Shown piece after piece: positions 59,475 to 64,000 of a DNA stretch of 64,000 bases. Source of the stretch: an uncultured Dorea sp. Lineage in GTDB: Bacteria; Bacillota; Clostridia; Lachnospirales; Lachnospiraceae. The notes under the pieces were generated by a model. The model was not told the DNA's origin, made no database searches, and saw only the letters and a program-made list of their open reading frames with translations. How positions within the stretch are numbered: the first letter of the stretch is position 1; every line of letters starts with the position of its first letter. Both the position numbers and the translations under genes were made by a program. The stretch covers positions 215-64,214 of the forward strand of contig CANSLW010000001.1 in the NCBI GenBank assembly GCA_947647815.1. The letters are read 5' to 3'.

Positions 59475-60388
59475 AAAGCAGTGCGAAGAACATCGAACTG
59501 ACCACCTTTGACGACCTGTTTGGGTCTGGGAACCCGGCAGGGGACAGCAACGGAGCCATCCGGGAGATCCCACTGGCAGACCTGTTCCCCTTTAAGGGCC
59601 ACCCGTTCAAGGTGTTGGACGATCAGTCCATGGAGGAAATGGTGGAAAGTGTCCGGGAGCATGGCGTTCTCGTTCCGGGGATCGCCCGTCCCCGCGTGGA
59701 AGGCGGCTATGAACTGGTCGCCGGACATCGGAGGCGGCACGCTTCTGAGCTTGCTGAAAAGACTACCATGCCGGTGATCATCCGGGAACTGGACGATGAC
59801 GAAGCTACCCTTTTTATGGTGGACAGCAATATCCAGCGGGAGAACCTGCTCCCCAGTGAAAAGGCGTGGGCCTATAAAATGAAGCTGGATGCAATCCGGC
59901 GCAGGGCCGGCAGACCCGGTAAAGGAAATTCTGGACAAGTTGGCCAGAATTTAAAAGGGAAGGTATCGGTGGAGATCGTGGCGGAAAATGCCGGAGAAAG
60001 TTACAAGCAGGTGCAGAGGTATATCCGCCTGACAGAACTCCTCCCACAGCTTTTACAGATGGTAGACGATAGGAAACTGCCCTTCAATCCCGCTGTGGAA
60101 CTGTCCTATCTTACCAAGGAAGAACAGGAAAAGCTACTTATTATAATAGCAAAACTATCCGTAGTCCCTTCTCTGGAACAGGCAAGACGTTTGAAAAAGT
60201 ACAGCCAGGAGGGACAGCTGAGTGGGATCGTGATGGACGCGATACTTTCAGAGGAACGTCCGCTTCCTGTCCAGGTGACATTAAAGAATGAACGATTAAG
60301 GGAGTATTTTCCCCAAAGCTATACCCAGAAACAGATAGAGGAAGTGATCTATTCACTCCTAAAGACATGGAAAACTGAACATGAATAA
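59471..60388 (+). CDS. parB: ParB/RepB/Spo0J partition protein
   Basis: HPFKV, YELVAGHRR, DSNIQRENLLPSEKA, QRYIRL. Confidence 0.9.
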   Translation: MKSSAKNIELTTFDDLFGSGNPAGDSNGAIREIPLADLFPFKGHPFKVLDDQSMEEMVESVREHGVLVPGIARPRVEGGYELVAGHRRRHASELAEKTTMPVIIRELDDDEATLFMVDSNIQRENLLPSEKAWAYKMKLDAIRRRAGRPGKGNSGQVGQNLKGKVSVEIVAENAGESYKQVQRYIRLTELLPQLLQMVDDRKLPFNPAVELSYLTKEEQEKLLIIIAKLSVVPSLEQARRLKKYSQEGQLSGIVMDAILSEERPLPVQVTLKNERLREYFPQSYTQKQIEEVIYSLLKTWKTEHE

Positions 60389-60398
60389 GGCCGCATAT

Positions 60399-60439
60399 GC
60401 CGCTCGGTAACTGACTGATAGTTACCGGGCGGCTTTTTT
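60399..60439 (+). terminator. Intrinsic terminator after parB
   Basis: GCCGCTCGGTAACT...AGTTACCGGGCGGC followed by TTTTTT. Confidence 0.75.
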
Positions 60440-60524
60440 GCGTTCAAGATAGATCTGCCCTGGCTGACGTTTCACCTGCCGGGGCTTTTTTTGTTTCAAA
60501 AACCGGAAAAGGAGGCAGGACAAT

Positions 60525-61493
60525 ATGCCATTACAACTGGATTACTACTATGGCAACGAAGCGGAACAGTACAGCTTCTACCGTATCCCTAAGGTACTGT
60601 TCACAGATGGACGTTTTAAGGGCTTGTCTGTAGAAGCAAAGGTACTTTATGGATTGCTGCTCGACCGCATGGCCCTCTCTGTCAAAAATAACTGGATGGA
60701 TCAGGACGGGCGTGTCTACATCATTTACACCATTTCTGACGTGATGGAGACCCTTGGCTGCGCGGAGCAGAAAGCAAACAAGTTGCTGAACGAACTAGAC
60801 ACGGCAAAGGGCGTTGGACTGGTAGAGCGTGTCCGGCGTGGGCTTGGAAAACCAAACGTGATCTATGTCAAAAACTTTATTGGAAAGGTATCACCAGAAA
60901 CCCGGCAGGAATCACAAATCAAGAATTGTGAAAATCACAAATCAGGAAATGTGAAAACCACAAGTCAGGAATTGCGAAAATCACAAACAAATAATACTGA
61001 CTTAAATAAAACTGACAAGAGTGATACTGATCCATCTATCTATCCGGCAGGAACGGGGCGGCCGGATGTGGAAACTGTGGATAACTTTTCACGGACAGGA
61101 GAAAAAAAGATAGATGGGATGGATAAGATGTCCGCCTACCGTGAATTGATCCGGGAGAACATCAGCTATGAGATACTTTTGCAGGATAACCCTTATGACA
61201 GGGAACGTCTGGACGGCTTTGTGGAACTGATGGCGGAGGTCTGTTGCAGCAGACGGCCTACGGTGCGCATCAACCAGGAGGACATGTGTACGGAGGTGGT
61301 AAAGAGCCGCCTGCTGAAGCTGGACAGTGAGCATATCCGCTATGTTATGGACTGCCTGGATAAGAACACGACGCTGATCGGGAATATCCGGGCCTATACC
61401 CTTTCCGCCCTATTCAATGCCCCGGTGACGATCAGCCAGTATTATTCCAGCCTTGTCAGCCACGACATGGCAGGCGGCTTCGGCACGGGATAA
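60525..61493 (+). CDS. repA: RepA_N-family replication initiator with DUF6017-like C-terminus
   Basis: FYRIPKVLF, AKVLYGLLLDRM, GLGKPNVIYVK; C-terminal VKSRLLKL...NIRAY..ALFNAP. Confidence 0.88.
   Translation: MPLQLDYYYGNEAEQYSFYRIPKVLFTDGRFKGLSVEAKVLYGLLLDRMALSVKNNWMDQDGRVYIIYTISDVMETLGCAEQKANKLLNELDTAKGVGLVERVRRGLGKPNVIYVKNFIGKVSPETRQESQIKNCENHKSGNVKTTSQELRKSQTNNTDLNKTDKSDTDPSIYPAGTGRPDVETVDNFSRTGEKKIDGMDKMSAYRELIRENISYEILLQDNPYDRERLDGFVELMAEVCCSRRPTVRINQEDMCTEVVKSRLLKLDSEHIRYVMDCLDKNTTLIGNIRAYTLSALFNAPVTISQYYSSLVSHDMAGGFGTG
60910..61084 (+). repeat. Intragenic 23-bp iterons plus DnaA box (putative oriV)
   Basis: CACAA cores at 60913, 60936, 60959, 60982; TGTGGATAA at 61076-61084. Confidence 0.7.
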
Positions 61494-61586
61494 GAGCAGC
61501 TCTCTTTTTCCGCTGGTAAGTTTTTATCGCTGTGAAGGCCCTTGAAGGCTGGCACATAAACAAGAACATTTAAAGGAGGACAACAA

Positions 61587-62039
61587 ATGACACAAAACAT
61601 GGATATCCTGATCGTGGAGCCGGGAAAAGCACCCCGTCCGGCGGTGATCCCCAACACACTGGAGTCAGTGGAAACGGTACTGGGAAGAGCCGTACAGGTA
61701 GGCTGTTTCCTGCCCCAGAAGGTACTCCTCTTCAGCCGGGAAGATACTACCGGCCTTGCCCCGAACCGCTGTCTGCCCGGAGGGAACGGCTATGTGAGCG
61801 GCACTTTCCTGTTGTGCGGCATACCGGAAAAAGGGTGCCTTTTCGCTTCCCTTACCGCCGGACAGCAGAAAGAGTTCCAGGATATCTTCGCAAGGCCGGG
61901 GGAATTTATGATGGTTGGCAGCACGGTCTATGCGGATCCCGATGATGTGGCGGATGTGGTATACGGGCTTTGGGATACTCTTTCTGACGGTGATACAGTG
62001 GTGCTGACGAAGTGGGGCGGCACGGAAAGCGGGGCATAA
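61587..62039 (+). CDS. DUF3846-like ICE protein
   Basis: 'ILIVEPGKAP...IPNTLE', 'PNR...GTFLLCG...FASL'. Confidence 0.6.
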   Translation: MTQNMDILIVEPGKAPRPAVIPNTLESVETVLGRAVQVGCFLPQKVLLFSREDTTGLAPNRCLPGGNGYVSGTFLLCGIPEKGCLFASLTAGQQKEFQDIFARPGEFMMVGSTVYADPDDVADVVYGLWDTLSDGDTVVLTKWGGTESGA

Positions 62040-62069
62040 ATGACAATATCAAGTACCGGAGGTAGCACT

Positions 62070-62579
62070 ATGGATCACGACGCAAGGCAATCCCCGGCAG
62101 GCGTGATGAATCCCATACAGCGGCAGGAAAAAATGATCCGGGCATTATACGATCTACTGGATAAAAATATGGCTGACTTTGACACGGCTCTGGAGGGCAT
62201 AGATAAAGCTGAGACCGCTGATATGAAAGAAGTTTCTGATACGCGGGAAATATACGAGTTCATTCGATATTCTTACGATGAATTTGGACAGCGAGATGTA
62301 GAGCTTCTGCTCCGCATGGAAAATCCCCTGAAGTTTATAGTGGACAACTGGCCCTGCCATGATCTTGAAACGCTGGCGATGAACCACTTGACGGATAAGG
62401 AAATGGAGGGATCCGGCAAAGAGGCGCTGCCGCAACCTGTCCATGACAGAAAAGACGCAGAAAAGCCCTCTATTTTGAAACAGATCAAAACCAGCCTGGG
62501 ACAGATCAGGGCCAAAAGGCAGGAGGCACGCCAGCAGCCTGTCATGGCAGAACCGCCCAAGGGCGGTGAGCCCCGCTAA
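62070..62579 (+). CDS. ICE hypothetical protein (DUF3848-like module)
   Basis: 'LLLRMENPLKF', 'KPSILKQI', ends KGGEPR. Confidence 0.6.
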   Translation: MDHDARQSPAGVMNPIQRQEKMIRALYDLLDKNMADFDTALEGIDKAETADMKEVSDTREIYEFIRYSYDEFGQRDVELLLRMENPLKFIVDNWPCHDLETLAMNHLTDKEMEGSGKEALPQPVHDRKDAEKPSILKQIKTSLGQIRAKRQEARQQPVMAEPPKGGEPR

Positions 62580-62608
62580 CATATTGGACGGAAGGAGGTA
62601 AAAATTCT

Positions 62609-63406
62609 ATGGACTACGAAGCAAAGCGCCCCTTAATGGATCGGATCGACAAGAACCTTTTGGAACATATGGCCGCTGCCGGAAGGAAAGAAGGCGGGCC
62701 GGAGATCCTGGACGCCTATCTTCTCCAGGGTTTATCCGAAACCCACTACTATCTGAAAGTGGATCATGATTTTAAGCCCAACGAGGTAGCGGCTCTCCTG
62801 CGATTTTCCGACCCACTGGCTGTGGCGCGGGAGTGTTGGGAGGAACGAGACCCCGAAAAGGGATTCCCTATCTGTGACCTGCTTGACAAGATCAGGGCAT
62901 ACGAGCGGTTTCCGTTAGCAGATCCGGCTGGTCATGCACAGCAACAGGAGCAGATGGTAACCGTACTGAAAGCAGTGCTGGATCAGAACATGGCCGAGTT
63001 CCATGAGTCGCTTCTGCGTATGGACAAGGAGGAGATCATCGAACAAAGCGCAGAGATCGCCGCTATGCAGGCGGCATACGACTTTATGAAAGATGATTTC
63101 AGGTTTGAACGGGGCGACGCGGAGACGTTACTCTGTATGGAGAACCCTCTTCAATTTATCGCTGAACAATGGCCTTCCAATATGGCTGAATTATTCGATA
63201 TGAGTGGACAGATAGGGGAAGCGATCATGGACGCCGGTAAAGACACAGCAGAGCAACAGAAAGCGGATCAGGCCATGTCGGCAGAGGAAAAGTCCTCGAT
63301 ACGTTCAGAAAAGCCCTCGATCTTAAGTGATCTGAGCGATAAAAAACGGGAAGTCGGTCAGCGTAGTATGGCTGAGAGCAAGGCTAAGGGCGGTGAGGCC
63401 CGATGA
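62609..63406 (+). CDS. ICE hypothetical protein (two DUF3848-like modules)
   Basis: 'LLRFSDPLA', 'LLCMENPLQF', 'KPSILSDL', ends KGGEAR. Confidence 0.65.
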   Translation: MDYEAKRPLMDRIDKNLLEHMAAAGRKEGGPEILDAYLLQGLSETHYYLKVDHDFKPNEVAALLRFSDPLAVARECWEERDPEKGFPICDLLDKIRAYERFPLADPAGHAQQQEQMVTVLKAVLDQNMAEFHESLLRMDKEEIIEQSAEIAAMQAAYDFMKDDFRFERGDAETLLCMENPLQFIAEQWPSNMAELFDMSGQIGEAIMDAGKDTAEQQKADQAMSAEEKSSIRSEKPSILSDLSDKKREVGQRSMAESKAKGGEAR

Positions 63407-63443
63407 AACAGCCTGCCACTTACAGGAAAGGAGGTAAAGCATT

Positions 63444-63911
63444 ATGCAGGACGAAGTAAGGGATAAATCGGTCGCACTGGTGATACGGGTCGGAAAAGAC
63501 GGCGGAAAGCTGACAGCGGAACTGCTGAAATGGGCGATCCGGCAGTACCAGAAACAGGCACATGAGCAGAAACACGGCAAGCAAAGCGTCAAAAGTCTGG
63601 TAAAGCAGGGAGCCGGTGTCCAGAACATTGAGATCACCGACCAGAACATCAAGTCTTTTGAACGCTGCGCCCGCAAATATGGGATAGATTTTGCTTTGAA
63701 GAAGGATCCTTCACAGGGGAAATACCTTGTGTTTTTCAAAGCCCGTGACACTGACGCGCTGGAAGCCGCCTTTGCGGAATACACAGCGAAAACTTTGAAA
63801 CAGCAAAAGAAACCGTCGTTAAAAAAGCAGCTCTCCCATTTTAAGGAGATTGTGAAGGGGCTGGTATCCGGCAGGGAGAAGAACCGGGACAGAGGAGGTC
63901 ATGAGCGATGA
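63444..63911 (+). CDS. PcfB/DUF3801 conjugation protein
   Basis: HGKQSVKSL, ARKYGIDFA, YLVFFKARD, KPS. Confidence 0.85.
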   Translation: MQDEVRDKSVALVIRVGKDGGKLTAELLKWAIRQYQKQAHEQKHGKQSVKSLVKQGAGVQNIEITDQNIKSFERCARKYGIDFALKKDPSQGKYLVFFKARDTDALEAAFAEYTAKTLKQQKKPSLKKQLSHFKEIVKGLVSGREKNRDRGGHER

Positions 63912-64000
63912 AGAACATTGAGATTAAAAAATATGTGATCCCCAACCTGCCTTATGTGTTTATGTTCTGGTTTTTCTCCAAGGTCGCGGAATGTTACCGT
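63908..64000 (+). CDS. 5' start of a probable VirD4/TraG-like coupling protein (truncated)
   Basis: MKNIEIKKYVIPNLPYVFMFWFFSKVAECYR, ATGA overlap with pcfB; call rests on gene order and the 'NLPY' N-terminus. Confidence 0.6.
   Translation, partial: MKNIEIKKYVIPNLPYVFMFWFFSKVAECYR

Larger units (their letters stand above)
57667..64000 (+). mobile_element. Left end of an integrative conjugative element (continues beyond the window)
   Basis: SymE, ParA/ParB, RepA_N, PcfB, VirD4-like start; higher GC; terminal inverted and direct repeats. Confidence 0.85.

Noticed and set aside
58623-59573. 316-aa minus-strand ORF and other long antisense ORFs (e.g. 6046..6726, 44367..45095, 40191..40844)
   Set aside because: Antisense shadows of well-supported genes.
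60910-60990. Possible mini-CRISPR
   Set aside because: Contiguous 23-bp iterons with no unique spacers and no cas genes; no CRISPR array was seen anywhere in the window.

Overview
Chromosomal window from an anaerobic, spore-forming Clostridia-class firmicute; gene content and style suggest Lachnospiraceae, which is my inference. Positions 1-51 kb are mostly core or metabolic DNA: three tRNAs (Trp, Ser, Arg), a heterodimeric ABC exporter, a Crp/Fnr-linked asrABC + molybdopterin nitrate-reductase-like operon, a cobalamin-riboswitch-controlled CbiK/ABC uptake operon, larC/larE, pdxK, pfk, a glp operon, rubrerythrin and an S8 (Csp-like) protease. Several non-coding elements also sit here: two architecturally matching sRNA candidates, a GC-rich multi-stem RNA candidate and a dispersed ~60-bp repeat. 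From ~51 kb the window is accessory. First comes a ~6.6-kb AT-rich islet bracketed by a duplicated 3' end of the S8 gene (21-bp perfect direct repeat). It encodes a 113-aa protein, a 998-aa SAMHD1-like HD protein and a translationally coupled 752-aa HD + CYTH fusion. This is the best candidate for an undescribed nucleotide-targeting, possibly anti-phage, system. It is followed by the left end of a conjugative element (SymE, ParA/ParB, RepA_N, PcfB, start of a VirD4-like gene). All family calls come from motif recognition by eye; no database search was run.
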